From contig AP024681.1 in NCBI GenBank assembly GCA_025999335.1, positions 322,565 through 386,564 of the forward strand: DNA of 64,000 bases, written 5' to 3'. A program made the position numbers and the translations under genes. Positions 1-10,431 of this stretch are shown here, piece by piece. The DNA is from Candidatus Parcubacteria bacterium. GTDB taxonomy: Bacteria; Patescibacteriota; Minisyncoccia; UBA6257; HR35. Under the pieces are notes generated by a model. The model was not told where the DNA came from and did no database searches. It saw only the letters and a program-made list of their open reading frames with translations. Within the stretch, counting starts at the first letter, position 1. Each line of letters begins with the position of its first letter.

Positions 1-759
1 ATTTACAGCGCTTTGGGTTTACTTCAAGATCAATTGATAACTAAACCAGTTTTGCGCAATCCCCATCATTCATCTTCAGCAACAGCTATTTTAGGTGGAG
101 GCAAAGAGGCTAAACCTGGTGAAGTAACTTTATCGCATAGAGGTGTTTTGTTTTTTGATGAATTACCAGAATTTAGGCGCGATATTCTTGAAGGCATAAG
201 AGAGCCTTTAGAGACAGAAGAAATAGTAATTGCCCGAGCTAAAAAAACAATCAAGTATCCGGCAAGTTTTTTGTTTGTAGGAGCTTATAATCCTTGTCCT
301 TGTGGCTATTACGGCGATGAACAAATTGAATGCAAGTGCACCATTGCTGAAATCAATAAATATCAAAAGAAAATATCTGGGCCAATTTTAGATAGAATTG
401 ATATTTATTTATACGTACCACGAATTAATAGCGAAAAAATATTAAGCTTCAAAGAAAACAATTTAAATCAAATAAAAACTAAAATCATAGAAACAGTAGA
501 AAAAATGCAATATCGTTATCGCAAAGAAAATTTTAAATATAATAGTAAAATCCCTGTAAAAGCATTAAAAACTTATTGTAAATTAGACACCGCTAGCGAG
601 AATTTTTTAAAAAAAGCAATTGATGCTTATCGTTTATCTTTGCGTAGTGTTCATAAAATATTAAAATTAGCCCGCACTATAGCTGACTATAATGATCAAG
701 AAAATATAAAATTAGAGCATTTAAGCCAAGCCTTGCAATATAAATTAAGTACAAATTAA
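1..759 (+). CDS. comM: Mg-chelatase-like ATPase ComM/YifB, C-terminal part (5' end lies outside the window)
   Basis: The ORF frame is open from nt 1. C-terminal region of YifB/ComM-type proteins with a Cys cluster (CPCGYYGDEQIECKC). The frame continues upstream of the first Met in the track. Confidence 0.6.
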   Translation: MYSALGLLQDQLITKPVLRNPHHSSSATAILGGGKEAKPGEVTLSHRGVLFFDELPEFRRDILEGIREPLETEEIVIARAKKTIKYPASFLFVGAYNPCPCGYYGDEQIECKCTIAEINKYQKKISGPILDRIDIYLYVPRINSEKILSFKENNLNQIKTKIIETVEKMQYRYRKENFKYNSKIPVKALKTYCKLDTASENFLKKAIDAYRLSLRSVHKILKLARTIADYNDQENIKLEHLSQALQYKLSTN

Positions 760-769
760 TTTTATTTCC

Positions 770-1891
770 ATGATTATCTTGAAAAAAAATAAATTATTAA
801 AAAACAATCTTCATAAAACTAAAAATAAAAATGTGATTTTAAGGGTTGATTTTAATATAGATTTGAAAGATGGACATCTTGTTGACAAATACCGTCTAAA
901 TGCTGCTAAAGCAACCATTTATGCCTTAAAACAAACAGCAAATAAGATAATCATTATCAGCCACTTAGAAAACAATAAATTTAAGTCATTTAAAAAATTT
1001 CTTCCCTTTATAGAAAAGTTTCTCAAACAAAAAATAGTATTTTGCAATAGTTTAAACAAAGATATTGTCCAAAACATAAAAAATAAAATTATTTTTATAG
1101 AAAATATAAGACTTTGGCCCGGAGAAAAAGCTAACGACCTTATGCTTGCCAAACAAATAAAAGAACTTGGCGATGTTTTTGTTAATGAAGCGTTTTCCGT
1201 TAGCCATCGCAAGCACAGCTCTGTATACTGGCTACCCAAGCTAATGCCGACATTTTATGGTTTAAACTTTGAAAAAGAAATAAAATTATTAAACACTGTT
1301 TTAAAACAAAAAAGGCATGTTTTAATTTTGGGTGGCGCTAAAATAAGCACTAAACTACCTTTAATAAAAAAATTCTTACAAAAAAAGGCATTGGTTATTT
1401 TAGGAGGTGGTTTAGCAAACACAGTTTACAAAGCTTATAATTTTAAAATAGGCAAATCATTGATTGAAAAAAATATTTTAAATGATATCAAAAAAATAAA
1501 TAATGAAAATTTAATTTTACCTATTGATTTTTATGTCTTAAGTGATAAAAAAATTTTTTATAGGCGATTAGACGAAATTAAAAACAATGATATAATTTTA
1601 GACATTGGCGATAAAAGTTTAGACTTATTCAAAGAAAAACTACAAAATAATAAATATTATATTGTTTGGAATGGACCTTTGGGTTATGTAGAAAATCAAA
1701 CTTTTCAAAATGGAACTTTGCAACTAGCAAAGTTTTTAATAACAAAAAATAAAAACACTGTTGTCGGCGGCGGTGACACAATCGCTTTTTTAGAAAGTCA
1801 TAATTTAATGAAAAAATTTAAAAACATATCAACCGGGGGTGGAGCTATGTTGCATTACTTAGCTTTTGAAAAATTAAGTTTTAAAATATAA
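770..1891 (+). CDS. pgk: phosphoglycerate kinase
   Basis: 373 aa. PGK signatures: N-terminal RVDFNI, VSHRKHSSV, C-terminal GGGDT and STGGGAMLHYL. Confidence 0.85.
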   Translation: MIILKKNKLLKNNLHKTKNKNVILRVDFNIDLKDGHLVDKYRLNAAKATIYALKQTANKIIIISHLENNKFKSFKKFLPFIEKFLKQKIVFCNSLNKDIVQNIKNKIIFIENIRLWPGEKANDLMLAKQIKELGDVFVNEAFSVSHRKHSSVYWLPKLMPTFYGLNFEKEIKLLNTVLKQKRHVLILGGAKISTKLPLIKKFLQKKALVILGGGLANTVYKAYNFKIGKSLIEKNILNDIKKINNENLILPIDFYVLSDKKIFYRRLDEIKNNDIILDIGDKSLDLFKEKLQNNKYYIVWNGPLGYVENQTFQNGTLQLAKFLITKNKNTVVGGGDTIAFLESHNLMKKFKNISTGGGAMLHYLAFEKLSFKI

Positions 1892-1893
1892 AA

Positions 1894-2337
1894 ATGAAAA
1901 ATGATTTTTCTGAAATCATTGTTTACACCGATGGAGGTTCTCTTAATAATCCCGGTAAGGCAGCTATTGGAGTGGTTATTCATTATAAAAACCAAACAAA
2001 AGAATATTCTCGAGTAATAGGCGAAAATAAAACTAATAATGAAGCTGAATATGAGGCAGTTATTTTTGCTTTAGAAAAAGTAAAACAATTGTTTGGCAAA
2101 AAAAATTTACAAAAAGTAAACATTGTTTTAAATCTTGACAGCGAGCTTGTTGGTAATCAATTAAAAGGAAAATATAAAATAATGGAAGAAAAATTAATTC
2201 CTTATTTTATTAAATTTCATAACTTAAAAATTGATTTACCGAATATAAGTATTAACATTATCCCCCGAGAAAAAAATGCAGCCGCTGATGCTTTAGTAAA
2301 AAAATCATTATTCCCCAGTTTTTTAACATTTATTTAA
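1894..2337 (+). CDS. rnhA: ribonuclease HI
   Basis: 147 aa. The motif VYTDGGSLNNPGKAAIGVVI...NNEAEYEAVIFALE is typical of RNase H type 1. Confidence 0.75.
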   Translation: MKNDFSEIIVYTDGGSLNNPGKAAIGVVIHYKNQTKEYSRVIGENKTNNEAEYEAVIFALEKVKQLFGKKNLQKVNIVLNLDSELVGNQLKGKYKIMEEKLIPYFIKFHNLKIDLPNISINIIPREKNAAADALVKKSLFPSFLTFI

Positions 2338-2397
2338 GATTTGCTTGATTTAGCTTTTTTAAAAAATGGTTTATAATTTATTAAAAATTTTTTAAAA

Positions 2398-3762
2398 ATG
2401 GATGACCTTTTTGAAACAACCTGGGAAAAAATACTGAATAATATCAAGGAAAATGTTGGACAATCGTTGTATAATGTGTGGTTTGCCAATCTGATGCCTA
2501 AAAACTATTCCCAGGGTATTCTTAAAATCGAGGTTCAAAGTAAATTTGTAAAAGATTGGCTAGAAAAAAAATTTCAACATATTATTCTTAAAGCCATTAA
2601 AGAAGAACTGCCGGAGATTAAAAATATTGAAATATGCGTTTCAACTAAAAATGATGTTAATAAAATAATTACCTATAAAAAAAGCATTCAAACAAAATTC
2701 CACAAAGTTTTTTTAGAAAAACCTTTATCAATTTTTGACACCAACCCTCATACTAATTTAAACCCTCGTTACCGCTTCGATAATTTTGTTGTCGGCAAAA
2801 GCAATGAATTAGCTTTTGCGGCTTGTCAAGCTGTTGCCAAAAATCCCGGCAAAAGTCATAATCCTTTGTTTATTTATGGACCGGTGGGCGTTGGAAAGAC
2901 GCACCTTCTCCAAGCTGTTGGCAATGAAACTTTAAGAATAAACAAAAATTCCAAAGTCAAATATATAACAACCGAAGAGTTTACCAATGAGTTTATTAAC
3001 GCTCTTAAAAACCATTCAATGGAAGATTTCAAAACAAAATTTCGCGAAGTTGATATTTTAATCTTAGACGATGTTCAGTTTTTATCAGGCAAAAACACTT
3101 CTCAAGAAGAATTATTTCATACTTTTAATTATTTATACAACATGTATAAACAAATTATTTTTTCATCGGATAGACCGCCGCGTCTTATCCCTGATATTGA
3201 AGAAAGGTTAAAGTCAAGATTTGAAGGGGGTTTGGTTATTGACATTAATCCTCCTGATATAGAAACAAGATTGGCTATTTTAAAATTAAAAAGCCAAGAA
3301 AAAGGCATAATTCTTGATGAAGAAATTTATGAAATAATCGCCAAAAAAATAACTCATAATATCAGAGAATTAGAAGGAGCTTTAAGCGCTGTTTTATTTT
3401 ATTATTCAAAAAACGAGAAAATTTCTAAAGACAAAATAGAAGAAATAGTTAAAAAATTTTCTAAAGATTATTACAGAAAAATTACTCCTAAAAAAATTAT
3501 TAAAATTATCTGTGAACATTATGACATTAAAGAAGAGGATGTTTTTAAAAAAACAAGAACCAAAAATTTGGTTGAGATAAGACAGTTCTTAATTTATCTA
3601 TTAAGAGAAATTTCACAATTATCTTATACTTCTATAGGTCAAATCTTAAAAAAAGACCATACAACTATAATATATTCATATGAAAAAATTGTTGAAAAGA
3701 TTAAGAATAAACCTGAATTAAATCAAGAATTAGAAACAATTAAATCAAAAATAATAGAATAA
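2398..3762 (+). CDS. dnaA: chromosomal replication initiator DnaA
   Basis: 454 aa. AAA+ Walker A GPVGVGKTHLL, sensor motifs and a C-terminal DNA-binding helix-turn-helix. It lies immediately upstream of dnaN. Confidence 0.9.
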   Translation: MDDLFETTWEKILNNIKENVGQSLYNVWFANLMPKNYSQGILKIEVQSKFVKDWLEKKFQHIILKAIKEELPEIKNIEICVSTKNDVNKIITYKKSIQTKFHKVFLEKPLSIFDTNPHTNLNPRYRFDNFVVGKSNELAFAACQAVAKNPGKSHNPLFIYGPVGVGKTHLLQAVGNETLRINKNSKVKYITTEEFTNEFINALKNHSMEDFKTKFREVDILILDDVQFLSGKNTSQEELFHTFNYLYNMYKQIIFSSDRPPRLIPDIEERLKSRFEGGLVIDINPPDIETRLAILKLKSQEKGIILDEEIYEIIAKKITHNIRELEGALSAVLFYYSKNEKISKDKIEEIVKKFSKDYYRKITPKKIIKIICEHYDIKEEDVFKKTRTKNLVEIRQFLIYLLREISQLSYTSIGQILKKDHTTIIYSYEKIVEKIKNKPELNQELETIKSKIIE

Positions 3763-3927
3763 ACAAATTATTAACAAATTATAAAGAAGTTATTATTTAA
3801 AAATAGTGTTTATTAATAAATAAAAATAAATATTTTTACAATTTATCCACAAATTAACATTACTATTATTACTACTATTAATAATATAATATTTAAATAA
3901 TATAATAAATTTATTTGAAAACATACA
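3763..3927. promoter_or_regulatory. candidate oriC: AT-rich dnaA-dnaN spacer with a perfect DnaA box TTATCCACA at 3843-3851
   Basis: A 165-bp intergenic region, almost entirely A/T with ATTACTA/ATAATATA-type reiterations typical of a DNA-unwinding element. One perfect consensus DnaA box lies in the classical dnaA-dnaN position. Confidence 0.5.
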
Positions 3928-5055
3928 ATGGAAATAACTATTTTAAAAGATAAATTAAAAGAGGTTTTGCAAATAATTTCCGATATTTGTTCAAAAAGAA
4001 GTGATCTTAATATATTAAATTATTTTTATCTTGAAGCTAAAGATAATAAAATTTATATCTCTGCAACTGATTTAGATTTAAATTATCAAACAACCTTTCC
4101 TTCGAGAATAATCAAAGAAGGAAAAATTTTAATTCCCGCTAAACAATTTCAAAATATAATTGAAAATTTATACGAAGATGATTTAACTTTAGAAACAAAA
4201 GATAATGTTTTGTTTATTAAGACCAAACAAACATTTTCTTCTCTTCCTGGTTTACTAGAAGAAGATTTTCCCACTTTTCAAAATATTAATTATGATAATT
4301 ACTTTGAAATTGACTCTAATATTTTTGATGATTTTGTAAACAAACTTTACCCCATTCTTTTAACTTCTGATTTAAGACCAGAATATTCTGGTATTTATTT
4401 TGATTTAAATAATGATAATTTAAATTTAGTTGCTACAGATACAATCAGATTGGGCATTCAGTTGGTTAAACCTCAATTATTTGAAACTAATATAAAAAAA
4501 ATAAATGCTTTATTATCAAAAAGACTGATTAGTGAATATAAAAGTATTAGAAAAAAATCAGGCAAATTAAAAATATATTTTGAAGAAACGCAAGTAACTT
4601 TTGAAATTTTAAACCATAAACTAACAACAAAATTAAGTTCTATTGAATACCCAAATTATAAATCATTTATGTCGCCAAACAATTTTCTTTTTAGTTTTTT
4701 AATAGACAAAGATAATATTTTGAAAGCTTTACGTCTTAGTAAGATTTTTTCAGGCAATCTAAGAGAAGTTGAATTGAGTTTTGATTTAAAAAATAATAAA
4801 TTAACTCTTTATAGTAAAAACGAGTTTTTGGGTGAAAATAAAAATATTATTGATTTTCAAATTAAAGATAATAATCTTGTTGATGATTCTTTTAATATTA
4901 AATTTAGCGTTGACTTTTTGATTGATGGATTTAATGTTAACGAAGGTGAGAAAATTTTTGCCGGTTTTTTTAATGGTCCTCATCAAGATAGTTCCCCGAT
5001 TTACATCAAATCACCTCTTTACGACGATTTTTTCTATATAGCTATTCATCGATAA
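3928..5055 (+). CDS. dnaN: DNA polymerase III beta sliding clamp
   Basis: 375 aa with a three-domain beta-clamp-like layout. Sits in the conserved dnaA-dnaN position. Confidence 0.85.
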   Translation: MEITILKDKLKEVLQIISDICSKRSDLNILNYFYLEAKDNKIYISATDLDLNYQTTFPSRIIKEGKILIPAKQFQNIIENLYEDDLTLETKDNVLFIKTKQTFSSLPGLLEEDFPTFQNINYDNYFEIDSNIFDDFVNKLYPILLTSDLRPEYSGIYFDLNNDNLNLVATDTIRLGIQLVKPQLFETNIKKINALLSKRLISEYKSIRKKSGKLKIYFEETQVTFEILNHKLTTKLSSIEYPNYKSFMSPNNFLFSFLIDKDNILKALRLSKIFSGNLREVELSFDLKNNKLTLYSKNEFLGENKNIIDFQIKDNNLVDDSFNIKFSVDFLIDGFNVNEGEKIFAGFFNGPHQDSSPIYIKSPLYDDFFYIAIHR

Positions 5056-5056
5056 A

Positions 5057-5287
5057 ATGAAAAGCATTAATTATGTTTTAACTAATCAAGATATATTCAA
5101 AATTGCTTCTCTTTTAAAAAAATACTTTCCTAAAAAAAATATTACTATTAAAACAGATAATTTTAATAAAAATAACATAAGTATTATTTTCAAAGATAAG
5201 GTTGACAGATTACTTTTAGAAGAAATTCGTTTACTTCTTTTTGAAAAATATCCAGATAAAAAATTTTTTTTAAAATTTAAAAATTAA
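5057..5287 (+). CDS. hypothetical small protein (76 aa)
   Basis: The ORF is tightly coupled to the dnaN stop. No recognisable motif. Confidence 0.3.
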   Translation: MKSINYVLTNQDIFKIASLLKKYFPKKNITIKTDNFNKNNISIIFKDKVDRLLLEEIRLLLFEKYPDKKFFLKFKN

Positions 5288-5292
5288 ACACA

Positions 5293-7314
5293 TTACTCAC
5301 TGTTTGCCCATTGTTTTACTGGTTGCTCCCAGTTATAAAACTGAGGATCATTAGCAGGATTTGATGGCATCGGACCTAAAGGATCATACCTATCAACATA
5401 ATATAAAATATTGTGAATTCCGTAATCAGAAAAGTATTCGCCGTTTAACATTGGTTTGTTAATAAATTTCTTTTGATAAGTTGCAAATTTTTCAGGAGTA
5501 ATTTTGTCTTTATCAATAACATTTTTAAGAAAATCATGGACAATAGGTAAAGCGGCGACCAAACTTGAGCCTAAGGATCGCATTCTTTTGCCATCAGTAT
5601 TACCAGCCCAAACACCGATAACAAAGTTAGGAGTGTAGGCAAAAGCCCAGGCATCTTGATAAAATTGGGTTGTGCCTGTTTTAAGGGCAACTTCGTAGCC
5701 AGGAAAGATTGTTAAATAAAGACTACGGCTAAAAAGTCCTTTGCGCGCTTCAATATCTTTAAGAATATCATTAACCATTCTAGCGGTTTCAGGTGAGATG
5801 ATTTGCTCTTCCTTAACTTTGTGTTCGTAGATTATTTTTCTGTCTTTGATAATTTTTAAAACAAATGTTTGGTTCGTTAGTTTGCCTTCATTAGCTAAAG
5901 CGCCGTAAAATTTTATTAAATCAGCCATTCTTACTTCAGCGGCGCCTAGAGCAGCTGATAAACCATAAGCTTGCCAGTCTTTTAGATAATCCATACCTAT
6001 TTTTTTTGCTAATTCAAAAACTTTTTCGGGTATAGCCAAATAAAATACTTTTACCGCGGGAACATTTCGAGATTCCGCTAAAGCTTGTCTTAAGGAAACA
6101 GGTCCTTTAAATTTATTGTCGAAATTTTTTGGTTTGTAATTACCAAAATTGGTTGGTAAATCAAAAACTATTGTCTCTGGGGAATAGCCGAGTTCAAATA
6201 ATGACGCATAAGCAAGGGGCTTAAAAGCTGATCCAGGTTGCCTTAAGCGAAAAGGAACATTGACTTGTCCGTCAATGCTTTCGTCATTAAAATCTTTAGA
6301 ACCAACTAATGCTATAATTTCTCCTGTTTTTGGATTAATAGCCATTAAAGCAGCATTAGCGCCACCGTAATTTTTTTTGTTTCTTTCGGCCATTTCTTTA
6401 ACGCTTTTTTCAGCTATTTTTTGAATGTCTAAATCTAAAGTGGTTATTACCTTTAAATTGCTATTTTCTAAATTTTCATTTACATCAGGGAGATGCAATG
6501 ATTTTATAAAATTAATTGTTTCAATGACAAAATGAGGAGCTATTAAGCCCGCATATTTAAATTTTTGAATTTTAATTTCCTCGTTTAAAGCATTAACGTA
6601 TTCTTCTGGAGAAATTATTTTTGCATCTTTCATTTTTTTAAGAATAAAATCTCTTCTTTCTTTTGTTTTGATAATATTTGTTGGAGTTAAAGGAGCGTAA
6701 ATATTAGGTGACTTAGGAATGGCAGCCAAGATTGCCATTTCCGATAAAGATAAATTTTCCAGTTTTTTGTCAAAATAAAATTCAGCGGCTGCTTTAACAC
6801 CAACATTGCCAGCGCCAAAATATATTGAATTAAGATAATAGGTTAAAATTTTTTCTTTAGAATAATTTTTTTCTATTTTAATGGCTAGTAAAATTTCTTT
6901 TATTTTACGAATAAAAGTTTTTTCCTGAGTTAAAAATAAATTTCTCGCCAACTGTTGAGTTATTGTTGAACCGCCGTAAGTTAAGCTGCGATTTTTAATA
7001 TTTAAGAATATAGATCTTATAATGCCTCTTAAACTAATACCAGGATGTTCGTAAAATTGTTCGTCTTCAGCGGCTAAAAAAGCTTTAACAAGAAGAGGTG
7101 GGATTTTATCAAAATCAACCCAAGTTCTTCTTAAGCCAATTTTATACAACAAAACCGTGCCGCTGCGATCAAAAAACTCTGTGCCGCCACTAATTATTTT
7201 TTCGCCTAAAATATTTGGAGTTGGCAAATTTTTGTTAATGTATAATATAACAGCGAGAGAAAAGCTGGTTGTTATTAAAACTAAAGATAAACAAATTTTT
7301 AAAAAAAGTCTCAT
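5293..7314 (-). CDS. class A penicillin-binding protein (transglycosylase + transpeptidase)
   Basis: 673 aa. N-terminal membrane anchor, GT51 motifs (EDEQFYEHPGIS, RKIKE), and transpeptidase motifs SGSAFKP (SxxK) and KTGTT. Confidence 0.85.
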   Translation of the reverse strand: MRLFLKICLSLVLITTSFSLAVILYINKNLPTPNILGEKIISGGTEFFDRSGTVLLYKIGLRRTWVDFDKIPPLLVKAFLAAEDEQFYEHPGISLRGIIRSIFLNIKNRSLTYGGSTITQQLARNLFLTQEKTFIRKIKEILLAIKIEKNYSKEKILTYYLNSIYFGAGNVGVKAAAEFYFDKKLENLSLSEMAILAAIPKSPNIYAPLTPTNIIKTKERRDFILKKMKDAKIISPEEYVNALNEEIKIQKFKYAGLIAPHFVIETINFIKSLHLPDVNENLENSNLKVITTLDLDIQKIAEKSVKEMAERNKKNYGGANAALMAINPKTGEIIALVGSKDFNDESIDGQVNVPFRLRQPGSAFKPLAYASLFELGYSPETIVFDLPTNFGNYKPKNFDNKFKGPVSLRQALAESRNVPAVKVFYLAIPEKVFELAKKIGMDYLKDWQAYGLSAALGAAEVRMADLIKFYGALANEGKLTNQTFVLKIIKDRKIIYEHKVKEEQIISPETARMVNDILKDIEARKGLFSRSLYLTIFPGYEVALKTGTTQFYQDAWAFAYTPNFVIGVWAGNTDGKRMRSLGSSLVAALPIVHDFLKNVIDKDKITPEKFATYQKKFINKPMLNGEYFSDYGIHNILYYVDRYDPLGPMPSNPANDPQFYNWEQPVKQWANSE

Positions 7315-7342
7315 TTTTATAATATTTCATTATAATTTAATT

Positions 7343-8989
7343 ATGGATAATTTTAAAGATTTTGATAAATTTCAAAAAGATCAAGAAAAGCTAGCAATGA
7401 CCTTGGCCGATTCTTTAGGAATGGATTATTATGATTTGCAAGTTAATAAGCCATCTGTTGAAGCTCTGAAGGTTGTTGACGAAGAAGTTGCTCTTAAATT
7501 AAAAGTTATCCCGATTAAAAAAGATTTAAACACAATAATTTTAGGCGTTGTTGATCCTTTTAACCCCGAAGTAGAAACCTTAAAACAAAAATTAGAAAAC
7601 GAAGGCTTAAAAGTTAGTTTAGCGATTATTTCTAATCAAAGCTTTGATATCGCTAAAGATGATTATAAATTTATAAGTCGCCGCAAAATTAGTTATGCTA
7701 AAGTTTTTGAGGTTAATACCGATGTTATTAATGATGTTAATCAAAATATTGATAACAGAGAAGATTTGCAAAAAGTTATGCTTCGTACTTTAGAAGAATC
7801 ACCTTTCTTTTTGCTTGATTATGTTTTAGCCGGCGCTTTAAAATTTAATGCTTCAGATATTCACTTTGAGCCTTACGAGAAAAAAGCAATAATTAGATAT
7901 CGTTTAGATGGTTTGTTGTATGATGTTTGCGAATTGTCGCAAACTGCCTATGATTTAATTAAAAATAGAATAAAAGTTTTGTCTGGATTAATGATTAATG
8001 TTACTAACAAGCCTCAAGATGGTAGTTTTTCATTAACTGTTATTAATAAAAAAATAGACATAAGGGTTTCTATTATTCCTGTGGGTATTAACGAAGCTAT
8101 TGTTTTAAGGGTTTTAGATTTTAGTCAAATCAAAGTCAATTTAGAAGATTTGGGTTTTAGAGAAGACGATTTGGAGTTTTTAAACGAAGCTATTGCTGCT
8201 CCTAATGGTTTAATTCTTAACACTGGACCGACAGGATCAGGAAAAACAACAACTCTTTACTCTATTTTAATGAAAATCAAAGATCCAACAATTAAAATTG
8301 TAACCGTTGAAAATCCTATTGAATATAAAATTGAAGGTATTAGCCAAACGCAAGTTGACGAAACAAAAGGGCTTACTTTTGCTTCTGCTTTAAGAGCTTT
8401 TTTAAGACATGATCCCGATGTTATTTTAGTTGGCGAAATCAGAGATAAAGAAACAGCCGACACCGCTATCCAGGCAGCTTTAACTGGACACCTTGTTTTG
8501 TCAACTCTTCACACCAACGATACTTTAGGAGCTATCCCAAGGTTATTTAGTTTAGGCGTCGATGTTAAATTAATACCTTCAGCCTTACGGTTAATTATCG
8601 CGCAAAGGTTATTAAGACAAATATGCAGTAATTGCAAAGAAGAATATAGCGCCGATGAAGACTTAATAAAAAAAATTAAAGCTAAACTAATAGACCTACC
8701 AAAAAGAGTAAAAACAAGTTTTAACTTTGATTATACGAATCTTAAGTTAGCTAAAGGCAAGGGTTGCGACAAATGTTTTAATACCGGCTATAAAGGTAGA
8801 ATAGGCATCTTTGAATTTTTGCGAATGTCTAAGGCATTAGAGGAGCTAATATATCAAAAACCATCGGAGGCAGAAATTTTAAAAGCAATAAAAGACGATT
8901 TTGTTTCTTTGCAGCAAGATGCTTTAATAAAAGCTTTAGAACACAAAACAACGATCGAAGAAGTTGAAAGAATAACTGGGTTGATTTAA
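7343..8989 (+). CDS. type II/IV secretion (pilus assembly) ATPase GspE/PilB family
   Basis: Walker A GPTGSGKTTTL, Asp/His boxes and a C-terminal tetracysteine (CSNC...CDKC). The start was moved to Met 7343 because the track ORF from 7157 overlaps the convergent PBP gene. Confidence 0.8.
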   Translation: MDNFKDFDKFQKDQEKLAMTLADSLGMDYYDLQVNKPSVEALKVVDEEVALKLKVIPIKKDLNTIILGVVDPFNPEVETLKQKLENEGLKVSLAIISNQSFDIAKDDYKFISRRKISYAKVFEVNTDVINDVNQNIDNREDLQKVMLRTLEESPFFLLDYVLAGALKFNASDIHFEPYEKKAIIRYRLDGLLYDVCELSQTAYDLIKNRIKVLSGLMINVTNKPQDGSFSLTVINKKIDIRVSIIPVGINEAIVLRVLDFSQIKVNLEDLGFREDDLEFLNEAIAAPNGLILNTGPTGSGKTTTLYSILMKIKDPTIKIVTVENPIEYKIEGISQTQVDETKGLTFASALRAFLRHDPDVILVGEIRDKETADTAIQAALTGHLVLSTLHTNDTLGAIPRLFSLGVDVKLIPSALRLIIAQRLLRQICSNCKEEYSADEDLIKKIKAKLIDLPKRVKTSFNFDYTNLKLAKGKGCDKCFNTGYKGRIGIFEFLRMSKALEELIYQKPSEAEILKAIKDDFVSLQQDALIKALEHKTTIEEVERITGLI

Positions 8990-9018
8990 ACTAAAATCTG
9001 AGTTATAATTTAAAACAA

Positions 9019-9371
9019 CGGAGAACAGCTGATCGCTTTGTTTTTAAACAAAGAGGAAAGTCCGGACACCGTTTATTTTAAAGCGCCTTTGAAAAAAGGA
9101 AAAGCGAAAGCTTTTAACGACTAAAACAGAGACCATTCTAGCTAAACATTGATTGTTTAGCCAAAGGTGAAAAGCAAAAAGATGTCAAAAAACCCTTTTT
9201 TTGGCTACTTTTTGCTCTCAAGAAGTAATTCTTGAGATGGTTTAGTCGTTCGCTTTATCACGGTGCAAGGCCGAGCTTTGGCTTATGCCAAAGAGTGCCG
9301 CATTAAAGAAAAAAGAAATTTTTTCTTTAGACAGATGATCAGCTCAAACAGAATCCGGCTTATGTTCTCCG
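9019..9371 (+). ncRNA. rnpB: RNase P RNA (bacterial type)
   Basis: A 407-bp gap between ORFs. It contains the universally conserved P4 strands GGAAAGTCCGG (9056-9066) and ACAGAATCCGGCTTA near the 3' end. P1 pairing is CGGAGAACA/TGTTCTCCG and P2 pairing is GCTGATC/GATCAGC. Confidence 0.75.
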
Positions 9372-9396
9372 TCTTTTTAAATTAACATTAACTATT

Positions 9397-10092
9397 ATGG
9401 CAGGACATTCTCATTGGGCACAAATTAAGCACAAGAAAGCTATTGTTGATGCTAAACGTGGGCAGCTTATAAGCAAATTGGTGCGCGCTATATCTATTGC
9501 CGCTCGCGAAGGTTCAAATCCGGAATTGAATTTTAAATTAAGATCAGCCATTGAAAGAGCTAAAAATTTTCAAGTGCCTATAGAAAATATTGAGAGGGCT
9601 ATTAATAAAGTTTCAGAAACAAGCAAGCTTGAAGAAGTATTTTATGAAGCATACTTGGATGAAGTTCAGTTGCTTATTAAAACAATTACCGATAATAAAA
9701 ATAGAACTTTAGGAGAAATCAAACATTTATTAAATAAATATGGCGGTAGATTAGGCGAGGTAGGTTCAGTGAGGTGGAATTTTAAAGAGGTAGGCGTTAT
9801 TGTTGTTGATGATAAGGATGTGGATAAAATTTTAACAGACATTGATTTGATTAATGATTTTGAAAACAAAGGATCAGAAGGTAAAACTTGGTTAATAGTT
9901 GAATCTAAAAAAATAAACGATGTTAAAAACCTGTTAGATTCTAAAAAAATCCCTATTTACGATATTTTTTTAGATTTTAAGCCTTTAAATACAGTTAATA
10001 TTGAAGACGAGAGTAAAAAAAATAAAATTAACGCTTTTATAGAAGAAGCTTTAAATCTTGATGAAGTTGACGAGGTTTTTGTAAATATATAA
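9397..10092 (+). CDS. yebC: YebC/PmpR family transcriptional regulator
   Basis: 231 aa. The N-terminus MAGHSHWAQIKHKKA is diagnostic for the YebC family. Confidence 0.85.
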   Translation: MAGHSHWAQIKHKKAIVDAKRGQLISKLVRAISIAAREGSNPELNFKLRSAIERAKNFQVPIENIERAINKVSETSKLEEVFYEAYLDEVQLLIKTITDNKNRTLGEIKHLLNKYGGRLGEVGSVRWNFKEVGVIVVDDKDVDKILTDIDLINDFENKGSEGKTWLIVESKKINDVKNLLDSKKIPIYDIFLDFKPLNTVNIEDESKKNKINAFIEEALNLDEVDEVFVNI

Positions 10093-10207
10093 TTAATTAA
10101 AAGTATTGTTTAAAAAAAATTTGTATATAATATATATAATCAATTAACATTTAAGTCGTTCATTAAATATTTTTTAGGTTTTTAATTTTTATTTTTTTTA
10201 TTAAACA

Positions 10208-10405
10208 ATGAGAAAAATACTAATAGAAGCATTTACAGACGAAGAAGAAGACACAGGAGAAGAAAGTTGGTTAGAAGAAGAAAATTGGGAAGACGATGAA
10301 TTTGAAGACGAAGGCGGTGAAGACGAAAATGGAGACGAAGGGTTTGAAGAGGAAGATTGGGACGAAGGGGACGAAGAATATGACGGAGAAGAGAGCAATG
10401 AATAA
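10208..10405 (+). CDS. extremely acidic small protein (65 aa, ~60% Asp/Glu)
   Basis: ORF followed by a strong intrinsic terminator, with a long AT-rich leader. No homology recognised. Confidence 0.4.
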   Translation: MRKILIEAFTDEEEDTGEESWLEEENWEDDEFEDEGGEDENGDEGFEEEDWDEGDEEYDGEESNE

Positions 10406-10431
10406 TAAATTAATTTAAACAAAGCATTCTT

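Noticed and set aside
7157-7342. Upstream extension of the GspE/PilB ORF
   Set aside because: It overlaps the PBP gene on the opposite strand by ~160 nt. Met 7343 (MDNFKDF...) gives a sensible N-terminus.
10201-10422. Ser-rich 73-aa ORF antisense to the acidic protein
   Set aside because: It is a mirror ORF produced by the GAA/GAC-rich sense strand. The terminator orientation and leader favour the plus-strand acidic ORF.
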